Source of the DNA: Candidatus Sericytochromatia bacterium
GTDB lineage: Bacteria; Cyanobacteriota; Sericytochromatia; S15B-MN24; UBA4093
Length of the DNA stretch: 64,000 nt
Direction: 5' to 3'
Assembly: GCA_036676985.1 (NCBI GenBank)
Contig: JAKFBU010000076.1
Coordinates: 64,001-128,000, forward strand
A program made the position numbers and the translations under genes. Below, piece after piece: positions 1 to 8,939 of the stretch; the first letter of the stretch is position 1, and each line of letters begins with the position of its first letter. A model generated the notes under the pieces. That model saw only the letters and a list, made by a program, of their open reading frames with translations. It was not told where the DNA came from and made no database searches.

Positions 1-1
1 C

Positions 2-55
2 GCCAAGGGCCCGAACGGCGCCTGGGGACCGTGGGAGACGACCTGGACCCGCTAA
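2..55 (+). CDS. 3' end of a gene entering the window (AKGPNGAWGPWETTWTR*)
   Basis: Open frame to TAA 53-55 with GC3-rich codons, followed by GC hairpin 70-99. Confidence 0.5.
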   Translation, partial: AKGPNGAWGPWETTWTR

Positions 56-116
56 CCCGTCCCTTGACCCGGGCCCCCCTGTTTCGGCAGGGGGGCCCGT
101 CGGTATAACTCCCTAG

Positions 117-650
117 ATGAGCAACGTCGCGATCGATGACCGGAAACTGGGGCAGTACCTCCGTCGGACCCGCAAGCTGGACCAGGCCACCCTGGAGAAG
201 GCGCTGCGGATCCAGGAGGACTTGCCGTTCTTGCGCCTGGGCGAGATCCTGCTCGGCCTCAAGGCGATCACCTTCCGGGACCTCACCGAGGCCCTCTACA
301 GCCAATTCTCGGAGGCCCTCTTCGGGCATGTGATCGTGCGGCGCAAGATCACGACCCCCGAGCGGGTCCAGGAGGCCCTCGAGCGCCAGATCAACGAGCC
401 GCAGCGCCGCCTGGGGGAGATCCTCGTCGAGCTGGGCTACGCCACCGCGATCCAGGTCGAGGAGGCGCTCGCCGAGCGCGAGCTCTACAACGAGTACAAG
501 TTCCGCCTCGGCTTCAACCGCTACTTCGAGGACGAGCCCGATCCGCTCGCCCAAGAGGCGGCTCTCCTGGACACTCCGCCCGGCTGGGCGGCCGAGATCC
601 AGGGCCTCCAGTCCGAAACGCCCCGCTGGCTGCCGACCGATCCCACGTGA
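117..650 (+). CDS. Stand-alone MshEN-like (c-di-GMP-binding type) repeat protein
   Basis: Repeated RLGxxL..G....L..AL units: RKLGQYL, LRLGEILL, RRLGEILVELG; no ATPase domain. Confidence 0.7.
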   Translation: MSNVAIDDRKLGQYLRRTRKLDQATLEKALRIQEDLPFLRLGEILLGLKAITFRDLTEALYSQFSEALFGHVIVRRKITTPERVQEALERQINEPQRRLGEILVELGYATAIQVEEALAERELYNEYKFRLGFNRYFEDEPDPLAQEAALLDTPPGWAAEIQGLQSETPRWLPTDPT

Positions 651-1132
651 TGAAAACCAACGCCGTCCGACTGCTCGACCAGGCCAAGATCCCCTACCGG
701 TTGGTGGACTACGAGGTCGACGAGAGCGACCTTTCCGCCGAGTCCGTGGCCCGCAAGATCCAGATGCCCGAGGCCCAGGTCTTCAAGACCCTGGCCCTCA
801 AGGGCGACAAGACGGGCGTGCTCCTGGTGCTCGTGCCGGCGGGCACGGAGCTGGATCTCAAGGCGATCGCCGCAGCGAGCGGCAACAAGAGCTGCGAGAT
901 GCTGCCCCTCAAGGAGGTGCAGCCGGTCACGGGCTACATCCGCGGGGGCGTCTCGCCCATCGGCACCAAGAAGCGGTTTCCGGTCTACCTCGACGCGAGC
1001 GCCGGGTCCCACGACACGATCAGCATCAGCGCGGGGACGCGCGGGACGCAGATCCTGCTCGATCCGGCGCGCCTCCAGGCCATGCTCCAGGCCAAGCTCG
1101 GCGCCTTCGCGCGCCCGGTGACGGCGGGCTAG
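650..1132 (+). CDS. ybaK: Cys-tRNA(Pro) deacylase YbaK
   Basis: KTNAVRLL, QVFKTL, TGYIRGGVSPIG, SAGTRG motifs; start overlaps upstream TGA. Confidence 0.92.
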   Translation: MKTNAVRLLDQAKIPYRLVDYEVDESDLSAESVARKIQMPEAQVFKTLALKGDKTGVLLVLVPAGTELDLKAIAAASGNKSCEMLPLKEVQPVTGYIRGGVSPIGTKKRFPVYLDASAGSHDTISISAGTRGTQILLDPARLQAMLQAKLGAFARPVTAG

Positions 1133-1210
1133 GCGCCCCTCACCACACCAGGCATGGGCCGCCGATGGCCGCCTACCGGCGGCTAGGCGGAACAGTTTTG
1201 TGAGGCACTC
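1133..1210. repeat. ~75-bp dispersed palindromic element, copy 1 (MITE-like or attC-like)
   Basis: Shares ACCAGGCATG..GGCCGCCT..GCGGCT..GGAACAGT core with 20012-20089 and 43213-43285; inverted ends. Confidence 0.75.
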
Positions 1211-1257
1211 TGGTAGAATCAAGGAACGTCCAACATTTCCTGGAGGAGACCTCAGTC

Positions 1258-1428
1258 ATGGCCACGACTTGTACGGTTTGCAAAGGCGAGGGCATCGTCA
1301 GCTGCCGGAAGTGCTTCGGGACCGGTAAGATGGACCATCCCGCCGGATACGGCTCGACCGTTTGCGACCAGTGCGAGGGTGAGCTCGAAGTCGATTGCTC
1401 GCGCTGCGAGGGGACCGGAGAGGTCTAG
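1258..1428 (+). CDS. 56-aa stand-alone DnaJ-type zinc-finger protein (not in ORF track)
   Basis: GGAGGAG RBS; MATTCTVCKGEGIVSCRKCFGTG...CDQCEG...CSRCEGTGEV gives four CxxCxG(xG) repeats. Confidence 0.85.
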   Translation: MATTCTVCKGEGIVSCRKCFGTGKMDHPAGYGSTVCDQCEGELEVDCSRCEGTGEV

Positions 1429-1552
1429 CCCGCGGCGCATCGGCTCGGGCCCCCGATCCGCAGATCCGGGGGCCCGTTCGTCTTCGGGGGGAACCTTTCC
1501 TCGCCCTTACGGGTCGAAGATCACGTCACCATATGCATAGATAGGAGGAGCG

Positions 1553-2248
1553 GTGGACTCCCAGTTCTGGATATCCCTCGTCAACATCATCATCATCGAC
1601 CTGGTGCTCTCGGGCGACAACGCCGTGGTCATCGCCATGGCCGTGCAGCACCTGCCGGCCGAGATGCGCACCAAGGCCGCCATCATCGGCGCGGCGGGCG
1701 CGGTCGGCCTGCGCGTCATCTTCGCGGCTCTGGTGGCCCTCCTGACCGGTATCCCGCTCCTTCAGGCGGCGGGTGCGCTGGCGCTCTTCTGGATCGCCTA
1801 CAAGCTCCTGGTCGAGCAGGAAGAGGACGTCCACTCGCACAAGGAGGTCCACGGCTTCTGGGAGGCCGTGAAGATCATCATCCTGGCGGACGTGGTCATG
1901 AGCCTGGACAACGTGCTCGCCATCGGCGGGGCGGCCCACGGCAACATCGGCCTCTTGCTCTTCGGCCTGGCGCTCAGCATTCCGCTGGTGCTCTTCGGCA
2001 GCTCCATGCTGACGACGCTGCTCAAGAAGTGGCCCGTGCTCTCGTACGTGGGCTCGGGCGTGCTCGCCTGGACGGCCGGCAAGATGCTCATGCACGACAA
2101 GATCGTGCATGCCTGGGTCGAGCGCTCGGGTCTCACGGCGGTCGACGACTTCGTCCCGTTCGTGGCGACGGTCGCGGTGGTCGGGGCGGGCTACTTCTTC
2201 GGCCACAAGAAGCAGGAACAGCGCGAGCCGGGCGACGTGCACGCCTAG
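1553..2248 (+). CDS. TerC family (YjbE-type) membrane protein
   Basis: IDLVLSGDNAVVIAMA and ADVVMSLDNVLAI motifs; AGGAGGAG RBS before GTG. Confidence 0.9.
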   Translation: MDSQFWISLVNIIIIDLVLSGDNAVVIAMAVQHLPAEMRTKAAIIGAAGAVGLRVIFAALVALLTGIPLLQAAGALALFWIAYKLLVEQEEDVHSHKEVHGFWEAVKIIILADVVMSLDNVLAIGGAAHGNIGLLLFGLALSIPLVLFGSSMLTTLLKKWPVLSYVGSGVLAWTAGKMLMHDKIVHAWVERSGLTAVDDFVPFVATVAVVGAGYFFGHKKQEQREPGDVHA

Positions 2249-2380
2249 GGGCGCGCCCAAACGACTCCAAACCAAGATTTGACCAAGTCCAAACACGCGG
2301 CCAACAGAAACCCGCACCCCGCGCGGTATAAGAGTCCCAGCGGAACGTCCGTAGGCGTTCGATTGAGAAAGGGCCCGGAG

Positions 2381-2536
2381 ATGGACGAGCAGAAGATCGA
2401 CGAAATTCAGGAGCTCTCGCTGGAAGAAGCCGCGGAAGTCAAGGGTGGTGGGTTCTGGTCCTGGCTGTTCGGCGGCTCCAAGGGCAAGAACTACGCGGCC
2501 GGTAGGGCTGCCTACTCCTCCAGCCGCCTGGCCTAG
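2381..2536 (+). CDS. 51-aa double-glycine-leader precursor peptide (23-aa leader + 28-aa core)
   Basis: Leader MDEQKIDEIQELSLEEAAEVKGG matches the ELSxxExxxVxGG pattern; lies directly upstream of a C39 exporter. Confidence 0.85.
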   Translation: MDEQKIDEIQELSLEEAAEVKGGGFWSWLFGGSKGKNYAAGRAAYSSSRLA

Positions 2537-2551
2537 GCGGCAAAGACATCG

Positions 2552-2581
2552 GCCGGTCCGGGATTCCCGGGCCGGCTTTTT
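2552..2581 (+). terminator. Intrinsic terminator after the peptide gene
   Basis: GCCGGTCCGGG-ATT-CCCGGGCCGGC stem followed by TTTTT. Confidence 0.75.
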
Positions 2582-2697
2582 CGTCGCTGGGCGGCCCGCA
2601 AGCCTTGCGGGCCGCCCAGCGTTTGATAACCGAGGGTTTGCGGTACAGTGACCTGACTCAACACGGGGCCAAACCACCCTTCCCGGTCAGGAGCGCC

Positions 2698-5600
2698 ATG
2701 GTCGCCAGCGACGTCATCGAGCGGCTGATTGCCGAGATCAGCGAGATCTCGGTCTTCTCCATGCTCTCCCGACCGCAGATCCAGGCCCTGCTCGACCACC
2801 TCACGATCGTGCCCCATGCCTTCGGCGACGAGGTGTGCGCGGAGGGCCAGGCGGCCGACACCCTCTACCTGGTCGTCAAGGGCTCGCTCAAGCAGTTCTC
2901 CGTCGCCGGCGGGGAAGAACGGACCGTCGGCGAGGTGCGGCGCGGCCAGACGGCCAACCTCCGCTCGGTGCTCGTCGACGGCATCAACGTCTGCGGTCTG
3001 CGGGCCGCCGAGGACACCTCGCTGATCCAGGTCCCCGCCGGGGTCTTCCTGGAGACCCTGGACCAGGATCCCATGCTGCGGCGCTACCTCGAGCGCCTTA
3101 CCATCGAGCGATCGCTCCAGAAGTTCCGTCGCCTGCTCCAGGCCAACGACATCCCCTTTCCCGTCGTCAAGGAGCTGATCGCCTCGCTCGAGGAGCAACG
3201 GACGAGCGCCGGAGAGGTCATCGTCGCCCAGGGATCCGTCCCGGACGGCTTCTACATCGTCCGGAGCGGCCGCTGCCGGATCTCGGTCGAGACCAGCGCC
3301 GACCACGAGCAGCGGGTGGGCCTGTACGAGGAAGGCCAATTCTTCGGTACCGAGTGCCTGCTCGAGCGCCTGCAGGCCCTGCAGACGGTCACGGCCGACC
3401 GCGACACCACCCTCTACCGCCTGCACCCGGACATCTTCCGCAAGAACGCCGTCGAGGCCCCCGTCCTGCTCAAGCTCTTCCAGCGCAAGGAGCTCATGCG
3501 CTCCCGCGAAGGTGGAGGCGAGGCCACGGCCACCAGCGAGCAGCTCCTGGAGCGCTGGATCCAGCAGGGCGGCGCTTCGGAGTCGGGTGACTCGGCGAGC
3601 CTCGTCGAGGCCGTTCTCGGGCGCATGGACGAGCTGGCGGAGGCGGCCGAGGCCCCCGCACCACTTGCGGCCCCGGAGCCTGAAGGCGCCGCTTCGCCCG
3701 AGCCCGCAGCCCCCCAGCGGCGGGCTCGGCGGAGGACCCGCTCTCGCCCGGATCCGCAGCTCGAGTACGAGCGTCAGCAGGCCCGCAAGAAGCGCTACGT
3801 CCACGTTCGCCAGCGGGACGAGATGGACTGCGGGGCGGCATGTCTGACGATGATCGCGCAGTACCACGGGCAGGAGCTGAGCCTGCGCTACTTCCGCGAT
3901 GCCGCCCACGTCTCGCGGGAGGGGACCTCGCTCCTGGCGCTCGCCGGGGCGGCCGAGCAGGCGGGCTTCACGACCAAGGGCGTGCGCCTTGCTGCCAGCG
4001 CCCTGCACAAGGTGCCCCTGCCGGCCGTCGCCCACTTCGGCTACCACTTCGTGGTCCTCTACGCCGTCGACGCCAAGGGCGTCACCATCGCCGATCCGGC
4101 CAAGACGATCGAGCACCTGACGTTCGAGGAGCTCGAGCAGCGCTGGGATGGCATCCTGCTGCTGCTCGAGCCGACGCCGCGCCTCTACGCCCACCGCCCG
4201 GAGAAGCGGTCCACGTACGGACGCTACCTCGCCATCGTGCGGCCCTACATGGGCCTGGTGCGCGACGCCTTCCTCGCCTCCTTCCTGCTCAGCCTGCTGG
4301 CGCTCTCGGTGCCGCTCTTCAGCCAGGTCATCCTCGACAAGGTCGTGGTGCACCAGTCCAGGGATCTGCTCAACCTCATCGGGCTGGGCATGCTGGTGGC
4401 GGTCGTGTTCCAGATGCTCGCCGAGGCGAGCCGCACCTACCTGGTCGGCTACGTGTCCATGAAGCTGGACGTGGCCCTGTCCAAGTACTTCTACCGCCAC
4501 GTCCTGCGCCTGCCGATGCGGTTCTTCGCCAATCACCGGGTCGGCGACATCACCACGCGCATGGGGGAGGTGGAGGGGATCCGCACGTTCCTGACCCAGG
4601 GGGCCGTGGGCACGGTCCTCGACGCGGTCATGCTGGTCCTCTACGTCGGCATCCTCGCCTACTACGACTGGCGGCTGCTCCTCCTGGTCGTGGGCTTCGC
4701 CGGCCCCCTCTTCCTCCTGGTCCGCCTCCTCACCCCCAGGCTCCAGAGCACCTACCTGCGCATGGCCGAGCAGCAGGGACTGGCCTCCTCCCGCCTGGTC
4801 GAGCAGGTCTCCGCGATCGGCGTCATCAAGTCCCTGGGCGCGGAGGACATCGCGCGCTGGCGGTGGGAAAAGGCGTTCGAGGGCGTGGCCCGCATGGAGT
4901 TCAAGCTGATCAAGCTGGGGCTCGTCATGACCACGGCGGGGCACGGGCTGATGCAGGTCGGCAACCTGGCCGTCCTGTACGTCGGGGCCCAGATGGTCCT
5001 CGCGGGCACCCTCTCGGTGGGTCAGCTCATCGCGCTGGTCTCGATCTTCGGCTCGATCATGCAGCCGGTCTTCCGCATCACCTCGCAATGGAGCGAGTTC
5101 CAGGAGCTCAAGGTGCGGCTGCAGCGCCTGGATGACGTCTTCGACACCCCGCCCGAGAGCGGCCCGCGCCGCTCGCCGATCCGGGCCTCGGTCCTCAAGG
5201 GCCATGTGCGCTTCGAGAACGTCTCCTTCTCCTACCAGGGTTCGAGCGGCCCCATGGTCCTCAAGGACCTCAGCATGGAGGTCTTCCCCGGCCAGCTGAT
5301 CGCCGTGGTGGGTCGCAGCGGCTCCGGCAAGACCACCCTCGCTCAGCTCGTCAACCGCCTCTTCGATCCGAGCGACGGGCGCATCCTCCTGGACGGCTTC
5401 GACGCGAAGGAGATCCCGCTTTCCCTGTTACGGCGCCACGTCGGCATCGTCATGCAGGACAGCACCCTCTTCAGCGGGTCGATCCTCGAGAACATCGCCT
5501 ACGGAGACGACGACCCCGATCTCGCGCGCGTCATCGAGGCCGCCACGCTCGCCAACGCCCATGGCTTCATCGTCAAGCTGCCGTCCGGCTACGGCACCCA

Positions 5601-5931
5601 GCTCGCCGAAGGGGGCCTCGGGCTCTCGGGTGGCCAGAAGCAGCGCATCGCCATCGCGCGGGCCCTCTACCACGACCCCCGGGTGCTCATCATGGACGAG
5701 GCGACCAGCGCCCTGGACGCCGAGTCCGAGCAGGCGATCATGGCCAACTTCAAGGCCATCGTGCAGGGGCGCACGGCCCTCCTGATCGCGCACCGCCTCA
5801 ACACCATCATGAACGCCGACCAGGTCTTCGTCCTGGACGAGGGGCGGATCGTCGAGGCCGGCACCCACCGCCAGCTGATGCAGAAGCACGGCATGTACTA
5901 CAACCTGTTCAGCCAGCAGCTCAACCTGTGA
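2698..5931 (+). CDS. Peptidase-containing ABC transporter (2x cNMP-like + C39 + TMD + NBD)
   Basis: AGGAG RBS at ATG 2698; C39 QRDEMDCGAAC/HFVV/IADP; Walker A GRSGSGKT, LSGGQKQR, DEATSALD. Confidence 0.92.
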   Translation: MVASDVIERLIAEISEISVFSMLSRPQIQALLDHLTIVPHAFGDEVCAEGQAADTLYLVVKGSLKQFSVAGGEERTVGEVRRGQTANLRSVLVDGINVCGLRAAEDTSLIQVPAGVFLETLDQDPMLRRYLERLTIERSLQKFRRLLQANDIPFPVVKELIASLEEQRTSAGEVIVAQGSVPDGFYIVRSGRCRISVETSADHEQRVGLYEEGQFFGTECLLERLQALQTVTADRDTTLYRLHPDIFRKNAVEAPVLLKLFQRKELMRSREGGGEATATSEQLLERWIQQGGASESGDSASLVEAVLGRMDELAEAAEAPAPLAAPEPEGAASPEPAAPQRRARRRTRSRPDPQLEYERQQARKKRYVHVRQRDEMDCGAACLTMIAQYHGQELSLRYFRDAAHVSREGTSLLALAGAAEQAGFTTKGVRLAASALHKVPLPAVAHFGYHFVVLYAVDAKGVTIADPAKTIEHLTFEELEQRWDGILLLLEPTPRLYAHRPEKRSTYGRYLAIVRPYMGLVRDAFLASFLLSLLALSVPLFSQVILDKVVVHQSRDLLNLIGLGMLVAVVFQMLAEASRTYLVGYVSMKLDVALSKYFYRHVLRLPMRFFANHRVGDITTRMGEVEGIRTFLTQGAVGTVLDAVMLVLYVGILAYYDWRLLLLVVGFAGPLFLLVRLLTPRLQSTYLRMAEQQGLASSRLVEQVSAIGVIKSLGAEDIARWRWEKAFEGVARMEFKLIKLGLVMTTAGHGLMQVGNLAVLYVGAQMVLAGTLSVGQLIALVSIFGSIMQPVFRITSQWSEFQELKVRLQRLDDVFDTPPESGPRRSPIRASVLKGHVRFENVSFSYQGSSGPMVLKDLSMEVFPGQLIAVVGRSGSGKTTLAQLVNRLFDPSDGRILLDGFDAKEIPLSLLRRHVGIVMQDSTLFSGSILENIAYGDDDPDLARVIEAATLANAHGFIVKLPSGYGTQLAEGGLGLSGGQKQRIAIARALYHDPRVLIMDEATSALDAESEQAIMANFKAIVQGRTALLIAHRLNTIMNADQVFVLDEGRIVEAGTHRQLMQKHGMYYNLFSQQLNL

Positions 5932-5941
5932 CCGAGGACCC

Positions 5942-7480
5942 ATGAGCCAGAGCCCGACCGATGCCAAGCCTCCCGATCAGCAGCTGCCTCCCGGCAAGCT
6001 GCCGGCGGACCGCGTCGGCTACTACTTCGAGCCCTCCGAGGGCTCCTTCGAGGAGATTCCGCTCGCCGTGGCGCGGGCCCCGCTCTACCTCATGGTCGGG
6101 CTCCTGCTGATCGGTGGCCTCTTCGCCTGGTTCGGCAAGATCGACCAAATCGTGGACGGCCGCGCGACCCTCATGCCGCAGGGCAAGGTCTGGAACCTCC
6201 AGACCCAGGCCGGCGGCAAGGTGACGGGAATCCTGGTCCAGGAGGGCGACGTGGTGACGCGCGGCCAGCTCATGGTGCGCTTCGACAAGGAGCTCTCCCC
6301 CGAGAGCCTGCAGCTCCTGCGCCAGGAGGTACAGGCCGCGAGCCGGGCCATCATGCAGACGGAGGGCGGCACCCCCGGAGCCCTGGAGCTGGAGCGCAGC
6401 TTCGACCTCATCCATGCGACGGTCCTCTCGGCCTCCCTGCAGGAGCTGCTCGTGCAGTATAGCAAGGCGCGGCTCGCCTTCATCGAGGCCAACCGGACCC
6501 TGCTCTCGACGATCCCGCAGGAGGAAAGGGCCCTCGGCGCCCAGCGCAGGGCCCTCAGCGACAAGCTCTCCATCACCGGCGAGATGCAGGCGAAGAACCG
6601 CCTCATCCAGTCGGCGCGCTCCCGGGAGCTCGCGGCCCAGGTCTCCGCCCGGGAGCTCGAGATCGCGCGGATGCGGCGGGAGCTGGCGACGGCCCGCCAG
6701 CGCCTGAGGCACTACGAGACCCTGCGGACCAAGAAGCTCATCCGCGAGGAGGAGGTCGCCGCGGCCGAGCGCGAGCTCGACCAGCTCGAGACCGGCCTCC
6801 AGGTGGCCCTGAAGGACACCGAGCGCCTGCGCAAGGCCGAGGCCATCGCCCGGACGGAGTCCTCGACCCAGATCGACACCTTGCGCATCGACGCGGCCGA
6901 TACCCAGGCCTCATTGCACGAGGCGGAGAGCCGCCTGACCCGCTTCAAGGGCGAGGCGCGGGGCGACTTCGAGCGGGCGCGCACCGACTTCTCCAACCTG
7001 GTCTTCCTGCTCAAGCAACGCCTCGATCTGCTCAACCGGCAGGCGGACTTCACCGCGCCGGTGGACGGCGTGCTCACCTCCTTGAAGGTGCGCAACGCCG
7101 GCGAGTTCGTGAGCCCGGGCCAGCTGCTCGCGACCCTCGCCCCCAAGAACGCGGGGCTCGGGGCCGAGGTCACCATCGCCAACAAGAACATCGGCCTGAT
7201 CCGGGAGGGGATGCCGGTGAAGTTCAAGCTGAACGCCTTCCCGTACCAGGATTACGGCATCCTCACGGGCCGGATCGTCCAGATGCCCCAGGACATCGAC
7301 GAGAAGCAGGGGGACTACCAGGTGCTCGCGGCACTGGATCGAGACACCGTCCGGACCGAGCAAGGGGAGGTGCCCCTGCGCTACGGCATGGTCGCGACCG
7401 CCGAGGTCGTGACCGAGCGGCGGCGCCTGCTCGCCATCATGCTCGAGCCCTTCCGGAAGAAGGCCAAGTATGCCCCTTGA
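5942..7480 (+). CDS. HlyD family membrane fusion protein
   Basis: Single TM, VQEGDVVTRGQ lipoyl half, long coiled coil, APVDG, AFPYQDYG, LRYGM. Confidence 0.92.
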   Translation: MSQSPTDAKPPDQQLPPGKLPADRVGYYFEPSEGSFEEIPLAVARAPLYLMVGLLLIGGLFAWFGKIDQIVDGRATLMPQGKVWNLQTQAGGKVTGILVQEGDVVTRGQLMVRFDKELSPESLQLLRQEVQAASRAIMQTEGGTPGALELERSFDLIHATVLSASLQELLVQYSKARLAFIEANRTLLSTIPQEERALGAQRRALSDKLSITGEMQAKNRLIQSARSRELAAQVSARELEIARMRRELATARQRLRHYETLRTKKLIREEEVAAAERELDQLETGLQVALKDTERLRKAEAIARTESSTQIDTLRIDAADTQASLHEAESRLTRFKGEARGDFERARTDFSNLVFLLKQRLDLLNRQADFTAPVDGVLTSLKVRNAGEFVSPGQLLATLAPKNAGLGAEVTIANKNIGLIREGMPVKFKLNAFPYQDYGILTGRIVQMPQDIDEKQGDYQVLAALDRDTVRTEQGEVPLRYGMVATAEVVTERRRLLAIMLEPFRKKAKYAP

Positions 7481-8939
7481 GCGCTGGATGGCCTGCGGCC
7501 TGGCGCTCCTCTTGGCCCTCGGTCCGGCCAGTGCCGTCCGGGCGGCGGATCTGGGCATGGCCGCGGCCCGGACCCTCTTGAACGAGCATTCGGCCAGGCT
7601 GCGGAGCGATCGCGAGGCCCTGGCCATGGCCGAGGCCGGCCTCGAGGCGGCCTTCGGCGCCTTCGTCCCGCGCTGGAGCGCCGCCTACGGCCTGCCCCAG
7701 GGCGAGGACGTCTCGCTCGACGCCCGGCTCACCACGGGACTGGTGAGCAACTCCCTCCGGATGCCGCTGCCCGTCGGGGGCGGAGAGCTCTCCCTTTCGA
7801 CGGCGGCCCTGACGCCCTTCAATCCGCTGGGAACGGCCGCCACCCCCTCGGTGGAGCTGGACCGCAGCGGCGCGCTCCAGCTGCTCTGGAAGCAGCCTCT
7901 GCTGCGCGGCGGGCGGTGGAGCGGGCTGGCGGATCGCTGGCAGCTGGCGTCGTGGCTGCGGGAGGTCCATGCGGCACGCCTGGAGGCCGCCTACTGGCGC
8001 GAGCTCCTGAGCCTTGAGCAGGCGTACTGGAACCTGGTGCTACGCCAGGCGAGCGTCAGGCTCCTCGAAGAGGAGGTCGAGCGGGCCCGCACCAACCACC
8101 GGGCGGTGGGCGAGCGGATCAAGGCGCGCCTCGCCGCGGAGTTCGAGCTGTTCGAGACCGAGCAGACCATCGCCCAGTTCCAGGCTCAGCTCTCCGAGGC
8201 CCGGCAGGAGGAGGATGCCGCCGAGGCGGCCCTCGTGACGGTCCTGGGCGTCCGCCCCGCCTCGGACCGGATTCGCCCGACCGAGCCGCTCGGCTCGGCG
8301 GAGGCGACGGCCTCCCTGGATCTCGAGGCCCTCTCGGCCGAGGCTCTGCGCCTCAGGCCCGAGCTGCGCGAGCGACGGGCCCAGCTCGAGGCGGACCGCC
8401 TGGAGGCCGAGCTCGCCGGTCGCGATCGCCTGCCGGAGCTCAGCCTCCAGCTCGGTCTGGACTGGGTGGGGACGAGCAAGATCGCCGCGGTGTTACCCCA
8501 CCCGCAGGGCAACGCCAACGTGGGCGTGGGCATGGTCTTCGAGACGCCGCTTGGCGTCAGCCCCGAGTCGGCGACCGTCCGGGAGGCCGAGGCCAAGCGG
8601 CGGACCTCGGCGATCGAGCTCCACCAGACGGAGCTGGTGGTCCGCGAGGAGATCCGTCAGCTCGTCTCCCAGGTCCGGCATCAGCTGGACCAGCAGCGCT
8701 TCGCCTTCCAGGCCCTGACGGCGGCGGAGCGGCGCTACCAGGCCGAATGGGGCCGCTATCAGGCGGGCCTGGTCGACGTCCAGGAGCTGTTGCGCTACCA
8801 CCGGGCCCTCTCCCTGTCTCGCCTCGACCATGCCAAGGCCCAGGCCGGGCTCCGGATCGCATGGGCCAGGCTCCGCTCGGCCACCCATCCGGCCCCCATG
8901 CCACCGTCCAGCCCGAAAACAGGGAGAGAAGCGCCATGA
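7470..8939 (+). CDS. TolC family outer-membrane channel
   Basis: Signal peptide, QPLLRG, AYWNL, RPEL, LPELSL motifs; overlaps hlyD. Confidence 0.85.
   Translation: MPLERWMACGLALLLALGPASAVRAADLGMAAARTLLNEHSARLRSDREALAMAEAGLEAAFGAFVPRWSAAYGLPQGEDVSLDARLTTGLVSNSLRMPLPVGGGELSLSTAALTPFNPLGTAATPSVELDRSGALQLLWKQPLLRGGRWSGLADRWQLASWLREVHAARLEAAYWRELLSLEQAYWNLVLRQASVRLLEEEVERARTNHRAVGERIKARLAAEFELFETEQTIAQFQAQLSEARQEEDAAEAALVTVLGVRPASDRIRPTEPLGSAEATASLDLEALSAEALRLRPELRERRAQLEADRLEAELAGRDRLPELSLQLGLDWVGTSKIAAVLPHPQGNANVGVGMVFETPLGVSPESATVREAEAKRRTSAIELHQTELVVREEIRQLVSQVRHQLDQQRFAFQALTAAERRYQAEWGRYQAGLVDVQELLRYHRALSLSRLDHAKAQAGLRIAWARLRSATHPAPMPPSSPKTGREAP

Noticed and set aside
2348-2354. TCCGTAG half-site before the peptide gene
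   Set aside because: There is no second half-site or correctly spaced -10
2279-2380. 85-aa version of the peptide ORF from TTG 2279
   Set aside because: ATG 2381 gives a canonical 23-aa leader; the extension covers promoter-like sequence
2533-5205. Long antisense and alternate-frame ORFs (e.g. 2533-5205, 12103-14688, 27944-30928, 47806-50133, 48255-50789)
   Set aside because: They are shadows of GC3-biased genes on the other strand or frame and show no motifs
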